Below, in pieces: positions 12,489 through 26,013 of a DNA stretch of 64,000 bases; position 1 is the stretch's first letter; every line of letters starts with the position of its first letter. The stretch spans positions 992,001 through 1,056,000 of the forward strand of contig OZ374561.1 in assembly GCA_977862235.1 (NCBI GenBank). The letters are read 5' to 3'. Under the pieces are notes generated by a model, which was given only the letters and a program-made list of their open reading frames with translations, made no database searches and was not told the DNA's origin. Made by a program: the position numbers and the translations under genes. This DNA is from Dudresnaya verticillata (lineage: Eukaryota).

Positions 12489-15181
12489 ATGCCGACTTCC
12501 AACGGCGAGACCACCCGACCGGGATTGACCAGTCGTGGTGGAAGCCGTTCCGGCAGTCTTTCCTCCGTGAGGACAATTGGGACGAGAACCCGTGCGGCCG
12601 TCGCCGCTCTTGCCCAAAATCCTTTAGTAGGAGAAGTGGAGCGCCCGCCCCGAATGGCGGGCGCGCCAGGAGATGAGGAACCACCTGTTCCAGAGAAGGG
12701 ACAGGCCCCGAATGAAGAAAACACGGTCAGTACCGCTTCCGCAAGCGCCGCCAACTACGGCGCGAATGAGGGTCCTGACCCTAGTATGCCGCCGCCGCCC
12801 ATCAGCCGCGCTAGTCAGCACGGTACGGGCGGACAGGCCCTAGAAGATGTGACGACGTCATCATTGCCCCCGGACATAGGGTTGCCAATGAGAACGAAAG
12901 CCAATTCGACCGACCAACGGTGTTTCTCCGAACGCGAGATAGGCCAGATGGTCGAATTGGGCATCGAAAATGCTCTCGTCACGAGCGTCCGAGCGTTGCT
13001 CGAGAGCCAAGCTGACGAAACCCTCTCGAGGGTGAAGCGTTATTTCGACGACTCAACAGCCCGCCGGGGCGATCAATTGTTGGCAAAGGTCCAAGAAGAG
13101 ATCGATTCTCGATGTCGACAAACCTCCTCTCGAGGAGTAGACGAAGAACGAGTCGAGACCCTACAAGCCCAGGTCGATTCCTTGGGGGACCAATTAGACT
13201 TGGTCCACCAGGAATTAGACCAGGTTACAACGGACGCCGACCGTTCAAGACAAGAAGCCGCTTTGGCTATTTCAGACGCCCAGTTGGGCGTAGACAACAC
13301 TCGTTGTGTTGAACAAGACAGACGCATCGAGCTCCTCCAACAGGAGCTCGATGCGGAGAAGCGTCGAGTCGCTATGATAGCAGCACAAATGCGGCGACTC
13401 AACCGCGAAAGGGAAGTCGTCCCTGAGATAATGCGGCGTCGTTCGGCAGTGCCAAAAGTCACGCGCGACCGTCGCAGAAGGTTACCCCATCACGGGTCAG
13501 GCCACGAATCTCAATACGATGAGGAAATGGCCCGGTGTCCAAATCACCGGGGGTGTAATTGCAGCCGACCGAGTCAACCTCGGTCTCGCCCCGATAGGCA
13601 TTCTAGCCATCGACATGGCGGGGACCCCATCAGGAAGCATATCCTACCTCAGGTCCGTCCGAGGACGAAGCGCCACAGTCAAGAACTTTCTCCAGACCCT
13701 CCTGGTCTTCTTGGAAGGGACCCCGGCGTTCCGGGTTGAAGGAATTGATTCCGAGGAAACCTGCCTTCATACCCGTACTTTCATACAGGAGGTATAGGTT
13801 GTTGAACCTGGATGACTGTGCAATGACTATCGGGGACCCGAAGTCACGGAGACTACGACGAAGAAGATAAAACGGGTGAAGACCGTGATGAGAAGTCGCC
13901 GGTTCGACGGAAGTGACCCAGTATCCATTATTGGATTTCTCGCAACGCTGAAACGACAGCTGGACCAAGCTCACATTAGTGAAGGAGCAGCTATCCTTGT
14001 CATCCCAGAATTTCTGGAGAAAGATGCCAAAGACATGTTTGAAGCGAACTTCGACGCTGCAGGAGATGATAATGATGGATTCACCGAATGGGCCGAGGCC
14101 GTCAATTACCTTCTTCGCACGTGTGCGAAAGACGTCTACATATGTATCGATATCGAGAGGATCGCCTCTAATATGGACACGATGGCACAAGAGCCGAATG
14201 AGGACGAGGTCACCTTCTCTCGACGGTTGCAAAATCAGGCGCGACGAGTCGCTGGGGTCTACACAGAGCAAGACTTAAATAACACGCTTTATTAGGGGTC
14301 TTCTCCCCGCGGTGAAGCCGCTGCTGAGTACTACCTCTCTGGATCCACGTACCGCCCGTTTGGCAGATTATGTCGAGCTCGCCACCGCCCAGGGAGATTC
14401 TCATCGTGCCCTAGTGTGTGGTAGCCGAGCGAAGAAAGCGACCTCGACGCTGCACAGGAAAACCCTCGCGAAGGTACGGACGCACAAACCTGGTCGGGCA
14501 CTGCTCATTCGCCAGTCGAGGCGGTCGGGAGCATCTGACTCCGAATCCTCAAAGAGTAGCGACTTTGAGGACGACAACGAAGATGCCGTCGTCGCGACTA
14601 TATATGAAGAAGCGCCACCATCGACGGCAACCCAATCAGACAGCTGGTCCTCCGGGCAGTACTCCTATAGCCAGCCATATTATGGCGAAGTGGATGCGGT
14701 CATCCAAAACTACAACCATAGGCTCCCAGCCTGGGCTTAGCCAACAAGGACGCAGCGTCCTGGATGGCAGACTGTCGAGGACCAACCAAATGACATCTGC
14801 TTTGAGTGTTATGGCGTCGGCCATAAAAAGCCAAATTGCCCTCACCTGGCGCGTACGGACGAACAGCCTTTTGAGACTCTAAAAAGGAGGCAGTTCCAAG
14901 CGCTCTCGCATGAGCAGAAGGCATGGTTGGCAACTGTAGGGCGACTACCCTACTTCGCAAATGGACCGGCCTCGACAGGCCAAGCGATTGGGCCACCGAC
15001 AGGCACGCGTCAAAATATGGGGACGGGCGCCGGCGGAAATAGGCAAGTTCAATTTCATCCGGGTCTGAATCACCCCATCGACGCGCCAGGGCAAGCGCCG
15101 AGGTCACCAAGACCAGGGTCACGACCCTTTCCGCCACCACCACCGTTACCACGGTTTCCCGCGCTCAAGGCGAAGAACTAG
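12489..15181 (+). pseudogene. gag: Element A gag (frameshifts and stops)
   Basis: Coiled-coil N-terminus, capsid-like FDGSDPVSIIGFL, zinc knuckle CFECYGVGHKKPNC near 14797. Confidence 0.85.
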
Positions 15182-15758
15182 AGAGGGGGAACCGGTTTCG
15201 GTTGACTCGATCACTCAGGTTACATCGGAACCCCCGATCGATTCGCTGAACGCAGCTTCACTAGCACAAGCTTCGACAGCTTCTCCACGGATCGACCGGT
15301 TTCACATGAGAATGTCGCTTCTGTTCCGAAGAACATCTTAACCCGCCCCATGGGCTTACCCCGTGGGCGTACGTATGACGAGTATTGTAAGGACCCAGTC
15401 TGTTCCCTGTCACGCTACAACTATAAAGTTGCTATGTCCGTCGGGACTTCTGTGGACAAACTCACTCGAGTACTATCTGTATTGGATACAGGGGCTGGCC
15501 CTAATCTGATCCGGGCGGACGTTCTTTCTCCGGAAGAAAATAAACGCATCTCGACGAACAGGTCGATCGTCAACTTGACGTCTGCGTCAAGTCATAGACT
15601 AACTACACTGGGAACCATCTCGCTGGTTGTACGCGTGGGCTCATACACGGTTCGACAACCTTTTGTTGTCGTCAAGGCGCTTGCAGTGGATGCCATCCTG
15701 GGATGCACGTTTATCGATACCCACGTCGAGGGTCTACGTGTTCGGAAACAGAACATCG

Positions 15759-16667
15759 TGTGGAGCAGGGGGAGGTGAGCCCTTTTTCGCTGAAAGCGGG
15801 CAGACCAAATACGTCGACCAACGGAGAAACCGCCACCGGCGCTCACCACCGCCGTTGGCGCGCGAACACGTCATCGACGGCTCACTGGGGCGCGCGCGCA
15901 CAATGCGCGCCGCGCGCCACGCGGGCGCTGTACGGTGATGGGCCGACGTGGCGCCCCGGGACACTGTAATACGGATCCAGATGGGATCCGGATCCGGTAT
16001 CCAGATTGGCTATCCGGATCGCCTAAGCTCTAAGATCCGCGCCTGTAAGGCTGCGGGTATTCGCATTGCTGGCCCGATCCGGATGGGATCGGGATCGGAC
16101 AAGTATCGGATTAGATCCAAGGTGCACGCTCTACAGTATGCGCGCGCGCACGGCTGTAAGGCACACGCGTCCACGTGTGCGTGTAAGCACCCGCACAGGG
16201 GGTTGTACAGCAATCTGTCAGGCGCGCGGCTGCATGCGATGGGTGATCTGTCAGACGCACCTCGGGACGACACGTGTCCCGAGTTCCCGCGCTACGCACA
16301 CGCACCGCCGCCGCCGCATCGCCGTACTATACTTAGGTAAGCCGTCCCAGACGTAACAGTAAACGCCCGGGCAAGCCGGCCTTGGTCCAGACTTCCCCGT
16401 TCCGCACGCGCGTACCCTACCGCTGCCTACGGCTAAGCGTCTACCTCCCGTTCTTCCACGTCTACCATCGTCCTTGACGTGTTCCCTTTCTGTTTCCTTT
16501 TCCCTTCCTTCACACCTTCCGCCTCGGGCGTTTACAGTCCTCCCAAGGCGTGTTCCTTTGCTCTACCAACAAGTCGCCCACGGCGGGACCACCCATCGCC
16601 GAGGGCGCAGCTACCCACCGAGCCCCGAACTGCTCGGCGGTCTATCGTCTCAGACGTTTGCACCACA
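15759..16667. mobile_element. Solo LTR B (909 bp)
   Basis: TGTGGAGCA...TGCACCACA termini, TSD CATCG/CATTG; protease resumes KQNI|VLRDG. Confidence 0.9.
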
Positions 16668-19100
16668 CATTGTTCTCCGAGACGGGTCGATACACCCTAT
16701 CCTAAGGCGCCGTTGCGGCATACCCCGTGAAGGTTCACCCTCAGAACCAATGGATGTCCCTCCTTTAACTACCTCGCGACTAATACGAGTCACCGCACGC
16801 ACTAACTTAGCGACGGGTAGTGAGACATGGGTCGCCGTGACCTGCTCGGCCCAAGGAACGCACTTCCTAGAATCATTTCCACGGTTATACGACCGCCAAC
16901 ACGTGGTCGTGACCAACGGTATCGTCGATGTACAATCGAATCGGCTCTTCCACATGAAGGTTGCGAACTTCTCGCCACGCATGCAGCAGCTTCAGAAGAA
17001 TCAAAGCCTCGGAAAGGCTGTACCAGCGCCCACCCGGACGCCGGTGTACGCTGTTTCCATCGAGGAATCTGATCCTGCCCTCAATCCTGACACCTCCGTG
17101 TCCAGTCCTCAACCGGACACATTCCCCGATGTGGGGGGGCGGGACTTGCTGCTGCTCTTGGTAGCGAAGGTGCAAAGCCTGGAATTAAAACAGCAACCTC
17201 TACACCGTCTCCCATGTCAGTCGATGACTTGGCACTGGAGCACCTGTCCGAGCCGGACCGTCGTCGAGTACGAAAAATGCTCCGACCGTTCGCCGGTATG
17301 TGGGACGGCCAGCTGGGAACAATCCAGGTGACGAAGCACCGAATTGAACTACAAGAAGGTTCGAAACCTGTATTCTCGCAACCCTATCGGTCGGGCCCGA
17401 AAGCTAGACAAGTCGAACAAGACGAAGTAAACAAGATGCTAAAAGAAGGCGTTATCGAGCCTGCTCGCACGGAGTTCGCAAGCCCCGTGGTGCTGGTCAA
17501 GAAACCAGATGGGTCCCTACGTTTCTGCGTCGATTACTGCAAGCTCAACGCTATCACAGTGAAAGACACTTACCCTCTCCCGCGGATGGACGAGTGTCTG
17601 GACTCGCTGGGAAACGCCCAATACTTTACGACCTTGGATTGTAATTCCGGGTATTGGCAAATTCCAGTCGAGGAAGATGACAAGCACAAAACGGCTTTCA
17701 CTTGCCATGCCGGATGTTTCCAGTTTTGCAGAATGCCCTTCGGGCTCTGTAACGCTCCCGCGACCTTTCAACGTACGGTTGATATCCTACTCTCCGGATT
17801 CAGGTGGAAAACCTGTTTAGTCTATTTGGACGACATCATTATTTTCTCGACGACGGTCGACGAACACCTCAAACACGTGAAGGACATTCTAGAAGTACTT
17901 CAAGAAGCAGGCGTTTCGCTGAAACTAAAGAAGTGCAACTTCTTCACGAAGAGCGTTGATTACTTAGGGCACGTGATCCGCCCGGGATTGCTAGAAGTGG
18001 CAACCAAGAATACCCAAGCCGTCGAAGGGTTTAAGGAGCCGAAGACTCAGACCCAGTTACGGCCACTTATTGGAATCTGTAATGTGTACAGGCGCTTCGT
18101 GCCTAACTTCACGCGCGTGGCGGCCCCGCTCAACGCACTCCTACAAAAGGATCAGGGCTTCGAGTTGCCAACGTTCGACGAACGTCAGCGAGAAGCGTTT
18201 GAACTTCCCAAGAAAGCGTTAGTCGTTCCGCCGATACTGCGGATCCCTCAAGAAGGTAAGGCTCTCTCCGTCGACACGGACGCCTGTGATTACCAAATCG
18301 GTTGCGCATTGATGCAAATAGAAGAGGATGGCACCCGACATCCCATAGGGTTTTGGAGCCGCGACCTAACGAAGGCGGAAAAGAACTACTCGGTAGGCGA
18401 GAAAGAATGCCTAGCAGTGGTCTGGGCAACGCAGATGCTTCGTCCATATTTGGAACGGTCCCACTTTGACCTGTATACGGATCATCAAGCTTTTAAATGG
18501 ATGATGAGCATGATCGATGCTTCAGGGCGACTGGCCCGTTGGAGGCTACGCCTGTTGGAATATGATTTCACGGTGCAATACCGAAAAGGAAAGAAGAATC
18601 AGATCGCTGATGCCGTCTCCCGGCTGCCAACCTACGGCTTTACCCAATGGGAACCGGACCTCGAGATCCCCTGTTTTGTAATCGAAGACGATCGAAGGGA
18701 CGCCTGCGACGAACAGTCGCCAACGCGGAAACCACGAACGGGGGCGCAACCCCAACCCTTAGAAGTTTGGGAAGTCGAACCTGAGGACGACGACCCTTCG
18801 GGTGACGAGCAGCTGATAGCGCAAGTGTCCGACAAAGAGTCGAGCCAGAAGGGTCTCTCCCTAATAACGGTGGAGGAGTTGCTCCGAGACCAGAAGTCCG
18901 ATGACTTTTGTATATGGGTCCGACGGAACCTCGAAACGGGAAAACCCGGTTGCTACCTCGAAGATTAGCGCGGGCTCCTAGTGCGTAAGTCATACATCGA
19001 CCGCGCGCTACAGGCACTCGTACCTAGATCTCTGAAAGAAAAGGTTCTACACCTAGCACACTACCCGGATTTGGCCGGCCACCCGGGTGGCACCAGGATG

Positions 19101-20083
19101 TGTGGTGCAAAACGTCTAGGACGGAAAAGCACGCCCGGGCAGTTCGAGACCCGGCGGGTAGCACGTCAGAGACGGTAGGGGTGGTAGAGCATGGACAACG
19201 CCACAAGGCGGACTGTAAACGCCCTGGGCGGTAGGTAGATCGAAACCAAAGAAACGAGACAAGACGGAAATGGAAACACGTCAACGACGGTGTTGCACGT
19301 GGAGGGACGGTGGTACCGACGCTTTGCCTAACGGAAGCGGTGGCGACGCACACACTAGCGGGAAGGGGCATTCGGCTACCAAGGCCATAAAGGGGGAAAA
19401 CAAAAGGGGATACACGTCAAAGACGGACATTGACGCGGAAGCGCGATCGTCGCAACGCGTAGCCAACGTCGGTAGCGGCAGTGACGCTAACGAGCGAAGG
19501 GGCGAAGTGTGAAGGCAGACCGGCTTGCCGGGGTTTACTGTGACGTCCTAGACGGGTTACCTAAGTATTACTACTACTGCGTGGGCGACGGCGGTGGCGC
19601 TGCGGCGCGCGGGAACTCAGGACACGTGTCGTTCCGTCGTGCGTCTGACAAGCGCCCTCGGAATGCAGCCGCGCGCCTGACACATTTTCCCACGCCACCG
19701 CGCGCGCCGCGCTAATGCTTACACCTACACGTGTTCATGCACCGCGCTTACAGACTCTTGGTCCCATTGTCCTCCGCTGCCCTGTGACACGTGCCACGTG
19801 TGCAAGTATGCCACGGGGCGCGGCCGTGCCCCAGTAACTACACCTCACGCGTTCTCTCAACCCGACATTGCCGTCACTATCCGCTGTGAGCGGGAGGTCT
19901 GGTTCTTGACCAAGTTGCCCGACAAAGTCGAATGACTAGCGCCATCGGCGGAAACAGGGATCACGAGCGGGTTCGCGCCTCAAGCTCGATCCCAGTCGCC
20001 AAAGGCGGTAAAAACGTCAAAGACGGGAGGTATCCGTCTAGGACGGTACAGAGCGCCAGTGGCGTGGGATAATTTGCACCATA
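19101..20083. mobile_element. Solo LTR C (983 bp), related to B, opposite orientation
   Basis: TGTGGTGCAAA...TTTGCACCATA termini, perfect TSD GGATG. Confidence 0.9.
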
Positions 20084-20793
20084 GGATGTATCACAACCTT
20101 CGACGTCAGGTATATTGGCCCGAAATGTCTCTCGATGTTTACGCGACAGTAAGAAATTGCGTCAAGTGCGCACAAGAACGCGTCCAGCTTCGACAGCCTA
20201 CTTCCCACATGAAGCTATTCCCGGCAACACTGCCTTTGGAATTCGTAGGGATCGAAATCCTCGGACCCCTGACCCGCTCAGGGAAAGGAAACGAGTTTCT
20301 CTTAGTCATGACTGACAGGTTCTCCAAGCTCACGCGAGCGATACCACTGAAGACAGTTACGGCTTATACCGTAGCCAAGGCTTTCTGTGAGCATTGGGTC
20401 TTCATATACGGTCCACCCCGTTATGTCCTTTCGGACAATGGCTCGCAATTCGCGTCCAAGTTCTTCCTCGCCGTCTGCGACATCCTTCGAATTAGGAATA
20501 TGTTTACGTCGACCTATCATCCTCAGACCAACGGTCAGACCGAACGGTTCAATCGGACCCTCTTAGCGGGTTTGCGACACTTCATCGCTGAGGACCAGAA
20601 GGACTGGGATGAATTCACTTCGGCGTTGACGTACGCGTACAATACTACTGTACATCGGGCTACGGGCCTGGCGCTTTTCGATTTGGTGCTATCTAATCCA
20701 CCAACATCCATCTTGATGGAACAAGCAGAGTCGGTGAACGTCGATCGCATTCCGGCGACTAACGTCAAGAAGCGGTTAACAGCTCGCTTGGAG

Positions 20794-23048
20794 TGTAGTA
20801 TCTCGAACGACACCACCGCGTACGGCAGCCGGGCGATCGTAGAGTATTTGGCCACAAACCTTCGGTAGACATTGCAAGCTCCCAAGAAGGACCGGAGTTC
20901 CGTAAGGGTACCTGGAAACGCGGCCTCTTGAATGGCCTTGGTTCCTTGCATGGCCATACTCAGCTTCCCGGGGGGTCACCACGTGACCTAGGTAATCTAC
21001 TTTGGCCTGGAAGAACGAACACTTCTTCAGCTTCAATGTAATACCGGCCGCCTTCAACAAGGTAAGCACCTCGTCTAGATGGCCCAAGTGATCCTCCACA
21101 TTCTTAGAAAACACTATGACTTCGTCCAAGTAGATGAGACATATTTGCCAACGGACGCCGGACAAGACTATATCAAGCGCACGCTGGAATGTGGCCGGTG
21201 CGTTCTTCAATCCAAATGGCATTCGATTATACCGGAATGTCCCCAAACGGGAAGTGAAGGCCGTCTTATCCTTATCTTCTTCGGCCACTGGTATCTGCCA
21301 ATAACCGGAGTTACAGTCCAACGTAGAAAACACGGCCGCATCTCCAAGGGAATCTATGCAGTCATCCATGCGTGGGAGCGGGTATGCGTCGCCAACTGTC
21401 TTCGCGTTGAGTCGGCCGTAGTCGACACAAAAGCGGAGAGTGCCATCCTTTTTGGGCACCATGACAATTGGCGAAGCCCATTCGCCATGCGATGGCTCTA
21501 TCACTCCAGCCTCCAACTTCTTCTTAATGTCGGCCTCAGCGATCGCACGCAAGGCTGGTCCTTGTCGGTAGGGCATGGCTCTTATTGGCCGTGTTCCATC
21601 CTCCAAGTCTATTCGGTGTTCGGTGGCCATGATCTGTCCCAAGGAACCGCCCCACATCGCACTGTGTTTCTCCAGAATGGCCATTATCTTTTTGCGTTGC
21701 TTCTTGTCCGGGATGTGATCGAGCTTGATCTTGTCCCGCCATTCTTCTGCGTCGTTTCTGGGTATCTCTGGTTCCGAGGACTTGTCCTTTTCTTGGCCGA
21801 CCTCTTCTACTTCTACTTCACTAATGTCCTGCTCCACCAGAGGGGTGAGTCCAAGTACATTGGCCATATTTTCCACGCTCTGTCGGTGTGGAGTCAGGAT
21901 TGCCATGGGGTGACGGACGGCGTAGCCGACTACCGTACCCTTTGGTAATAAGACATCCTTTCGTCCCCAGTTGGCCAGCATTACCTGGAATGGCTTCTGC
22001 GGCCGAACTTCTGCAACTCCATTGGCCATTCGCGTATGGTGCCGGAAGCTCAAAGAATGTTTGGGCTCTAACACGCATAACCCCCGGCCGTCACTGCGAA
22101 CAGACACGGTAGCCTGTTGACCTCCCGTATGGTCAGACCTTTCGTCAAGCGTACAGTGGCCGCGTAGTGTCGTGGAGGCTTGCGTTCCGTATTGGCCGAA
22201 TTGGAATTACCACCCGGAGGCGGGGCCCCCTTCGCAGGGCCCCTTCTAGGTCGGGAGACCAGTGTAGTATCTCGAACGACACCACCGCGTACGGCAGCCG
22301 GGCGAGACCCCAAGAAGACCCAAAAGACCTGTCGGATTTCGTGGCAAAACGGCCGAACGTAGAACGGACCTGCGCACCGGTAGCAAATGCGGTAGAGCGG
22401 GAGCGCGCAGACGAAGTCGCGGCCAAAAACCTGGATGAGCAGCGGAAAATGGCCGAGTTGGGAAAAGGTTGCAAAACTTTACTGCCAACCTCTGGCGGGA
22501 CGGCTTCGTACCTATTCTGGCCAAGCCGTGGTTTGTGGCCGTCTAAGTAGGCCCAAAATCGGCCACTAGAGCTAATCTAGAGCTATTCTACATATTCTAC
22601 AGTTAGTGGCCGAGGTTACTCCCCGTCGGCCATAATATCTACTTGTATTCCGGCGTCGGGCCAATATTGTACCCTTACCAGACTAAACCAAGTACTTGTT
22701 CGTTAGTGGTTGGCCAAATGAGTTAGATTTTCCCTTGATTTTTCTGCTGTCTTTTGCTTGATTTCATGCGCGGCCAAATCCAATTTCCTTTCCGCACTTG
22801 CTTCCAGATCCGATCACACCGATCATACGTGTACAGCGAGCCACGTGGTGCGCTTGGGTGTCGTAGGTGGCCACGTGTGACACACGTGTACACTTGTTGG
22901 ACACGTGTGCCTCTTGCGCATTGTTCACCGTCGCCCGCTCGGCCGCACTGTCGTCGGTTGGCCAAACGTATCATTCTGATTGGGCTGGCTGTCCCACTTG
23001 GCCCGGCCGGTTACGCCCGTTTTGGAGGCCCCTTGGCGTTGCGCCACA
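20794..23048 (-). mobile_element. Internally deleted Gypsy element D
   Basis: TSD TGGAG, full 5' LTR 22263-23048, PBS 22244-22261, RT fragment, and only about 43 bp of 3' LTR (20794-20836). Confidence 0.9.
20837..22107 (-). pseudogene. pol: Element D pol fragment (RT)
   Basis: RFCVDY, LDCNSGYWQ, MPFGLKNAPATFQR; catalytic motif mutated to YLDE. Confidence 0.9.
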
Positions 23049-24039
23049 TGGAGAAGCTGATGGATACGGCGTTGCCTCGAATGAAATTAGCGCAACGGCG
23101 CTATGAAACTAATTTCAATAACCGAATCAGGCCTGCTAACCAGAGGGTAAGAACCGGATCGTGGGTGTTCCTAAAAAGGGAAACGAAGGTGAAGGACGCT
23201 TCAGGTGTGGCCCGCGAAGGGAAGTTGTTCCCTAAGGCTCTCGGGCCGTATAAGGTTCTAGAACGTGGAACGCACGTTGTCGTTCTAGACATCAAAGGAG
23301 ATAGAGAGACGATATCTCTGGACCGGGTTACCTCGGCCCCCTCGCCGCATGAAGAACCAAGCGCGCAGGGTCAAGACCCTTCAGTAGTGGGCCTCATGCC
23401 ACAAGGCGCATATGCGGATAGCGATCCTCACACTCCCGAGAGACAGGGAGTTACCGATATTACGGATAATCCGACTCTCGCGGTGCAGCCTGCTGACGGG
23501 ACATCCATACCAAGTCCCGAAGAGACAGTGGCTGCGGCCCCTTCCGATCCGGATCGCGATCCTGAAACCGCCGCGCCCAACACTTCGGCGACAATGCCGA
23601 ACGACACCACCTCCCCGCGGAAGTTTTCTCGTTTTAAGAAAGCGCCGCCGCGCGAGCGAGTTTACGACCGTATTGTGTCGTACGACGCTGATCGACTCCT
23701 CTACCGCGTTCGGTGGTTTCAGCTCCCAGCCTCCGAAGACACCTGGGAGCCCAAGGAACATCTTCCTCATAACTTGGTGGCAAGATACCATCGAGTCAAA
23801 GGGGTCGCTCTCCCGTAATAAGCGTCTCACGCTAGGTCATCGCTCAAGAAGAGCAAGTTCGCCGAGAAGAGGCTAGATCTGGCCCCGCAAACTCAGGTGG
23901 CAGTTGCGAATAAGCGCCTAACGAGGTTAACCCATTGTGGATGACGAGCACTAAGCTCTGCAGTAGCGATAACAAGAACGGCCAATGGGCCTGTGTATAA
24001 CAATAGGAAATGGGAATGACCATTCCCCCTTTTAAGCTG

Positions 24040-24310
24040 ATGAGCTGACTAACAACAAACTGTATAGATGGAAATAGAAGAGTCAAGACTCTGGAAATGG
24101 ATAGATGATTCAAGAATCGAGATTCTGGATAGATGAGCTGTATAGCTACATGGATAGATGTGGAAATGTATAGATGTGATTAGGAAGACATGGAAGAATC
24201 AAGATTCTGGATAGAAGAAATGTACATACGTCGAACACATATATGTGTGAATCGAGGAAAAACCCGAGCCGTGGGTCGCACCAACAAGAGAGAGAATCGA
24301 GATTCTGTGC
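24040..24310. repeat. Short-motif array in the 3' region of element A
   Basis: Repeated (T)GGATAGATG / GTATAGATG and AGAATC[GA]AGATTCT units. Confidence 0.7.
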
Positions 24311-24495
24311 GAAGCACGGCTGCCACAACACAACCCAGCCGCACCCTCCGGCGCTACCGACGCTTCGGCAGGGAAAGAGACCCCCCCTGATGGCAACCCT
24401 GGCTAGGGCCAACGGAGGCTATCATCAGACTGCCTAAAATTCGGCAGTGGGGCCATCGCCTAAACATCGATGAGCCTTGAGAACCGGCTGAAAAC

Positions 24496-25271
24496 TGTGG
24501 TGCAACGCCAAGGGGCCTCCAAAATGGGCGCAACCGGCCGGGCCAAGTGGGACAGGCAGCCCAATCAGAAAGATACGTTTGGCCAACCGACGACAGTGCG
24601 GCCCAGCGGACGCCGGTGAACATGCGCAAGAGGCACACGTGTCCAACAGGTGTACACGTGTGTCACACGTGGCCACCTATGACACCCAAGCGCACCATGT
24701 GACTCGATGTACACGTATGATTCGTGTGATCGGATCTGGAAGCAGGTGCGGAAAGGAAATTGGATTTGGCCGCAGGTGAAATCAAGCAGAAGACAGTGGA
24801 AAAATCAAGGGAAAATCTAACTCATTTGGCCAACCACTAACGAACAAGTACTTGGTTTAGTTTGGTAAGGGTACAACATTGGCCCAACGCCGGAACACAA
24901 GTAGATATTATGGCCGACGGGGAGTAACCTCGGCCACTAACTGTAGAATAGCTCTAGATTAGCTCTAGTGGCCGATTTTGGGCCTACTTAGACGGCCACA
25001 GACCACGACTCGGCCAGGATAGGTACGAAGCCGTCCCGCCAGAGGTTGGGAGTAAAGTTTTGCAACCTTTTTCCAACTCGGCCATTTTCCGCTGCTCATC
25101 CAGGTTTTTGGCCGCGACTTCGTCTGCGCGCTCCCGCTGTACCACATTTGCTACCGGTGCGCAGGTCCGTTCTACGTTCGGCCGTTCTACCACGAAATCC
25201 GACAGGTCTTTTGGGTCCTCTTGGGGTCTCGCCCGGCTGCCGTACGCGGTGGTGCCGTTCGGGATACTACA
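24496..25271 (+). mobile_element. Solo LTR E (776 bp), same family as D, inverted relative to D
   Basis: TGTGGTG...TACTACA, TSD AAAAC; reverse complement of 22263-23048 with scattered differences. Confidence 0.95.
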
Positions 25272-26013
25272 AAAACGTGCTTCGCGTGAGTCTATTGCGC
25301 CGGCCGACGGGCCCCAAAGGCAAAAACGGACTCCCTCAAGGGATCTCGCTAGGAGTCGGAAAAACCCCACGGCTTGTAGAGCCTCTCGCCGTAGTCCAAC
25401 CTTCGACAGGATGAGAGAAGCAAGGGTCGCGTAAGACGCATGAGTCTCAGCGTGCCCGCCCATAGGATGGCTGCTCGGCGATGAAAACGGCCTTGGCGCC
25501 AAAAACCTCTACAGTGCATCATCTCGCTACTGTAGAGAGAGAGGTCCGTCGCTGGTAGGCCCTCATAGCCTGGGAGGCGGAATGAAATACCCAATGAGGG
25601 CGCGCTAACGGGGCGCGAGACGCAGCAAGTACAGTGTTCCCGACGCTATTGTGGGCCAGTGTCGTCCCCTCTCGGGCATTACGCCACATTGCTGGCACCC
25701 TCTCACTCCTCGAGTGGCACCAGAGAGGCGGATTGATTACCCAATAACGGGGTCGTCCCACGGCGCGTGGCGAAGACACCGTCGCGTGGAGCGAGGTTCC
25801 CTACCTGTATGTGCTCCGGTTACTACGCTGGCACTGCACAACGCGATGAAATCCGCTAAGTCCCCGACGGGACAGGATGGAGTCGCCAAGTCGCATAACG
25901 CCACCGCGCACGCCTTCCACAGGCAAGGGAGTCAAGCATACAAGACGAATTTATTCAGCGGACCAGCCGCTCGCAAGTCTAAGGCATGGAGTCTGGAGTC
26001 GACGCGCTACCCG

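Larger units (their letters stand above)
15350..23818 (+). pseudogene. pol: Element A pol (PR-RT-RH-IN-chromodomain), split by B, C and D
   Basis: LDTGAGPN, YLDD, TDACDYQIG, HPGGTRM|YHNLRR, YHPQTNGQTERFN and chromodomain YRVRWFQLPASEDTWEP. Coding sequence rejoins across each insertion. Confidence 0.95.

Noticed and set aside
15759..16667. B or C as DNA transposons/MITEs because of short terminal inverted repeats
   Set aside because: TG..CA ends, 5-bp TSDs and TGTGG termini match the LTRs of the full-length elements here.
21079..21948. 289-aa + strand ORF
   Set aside because: Antisense shadow of the element D reverse transcriptase.
22754..23048. N-terminal part of the 354-aa ORF
   Set aside because: Read-through from the D LTR; only the part after 23049 is A integrase and chromodomain.
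24040..24310. CRISPR-like array
   Set aside because: Units are irregular, there are no unique equal-length spacers or cas genes, and the context is a eukaryotic TE.
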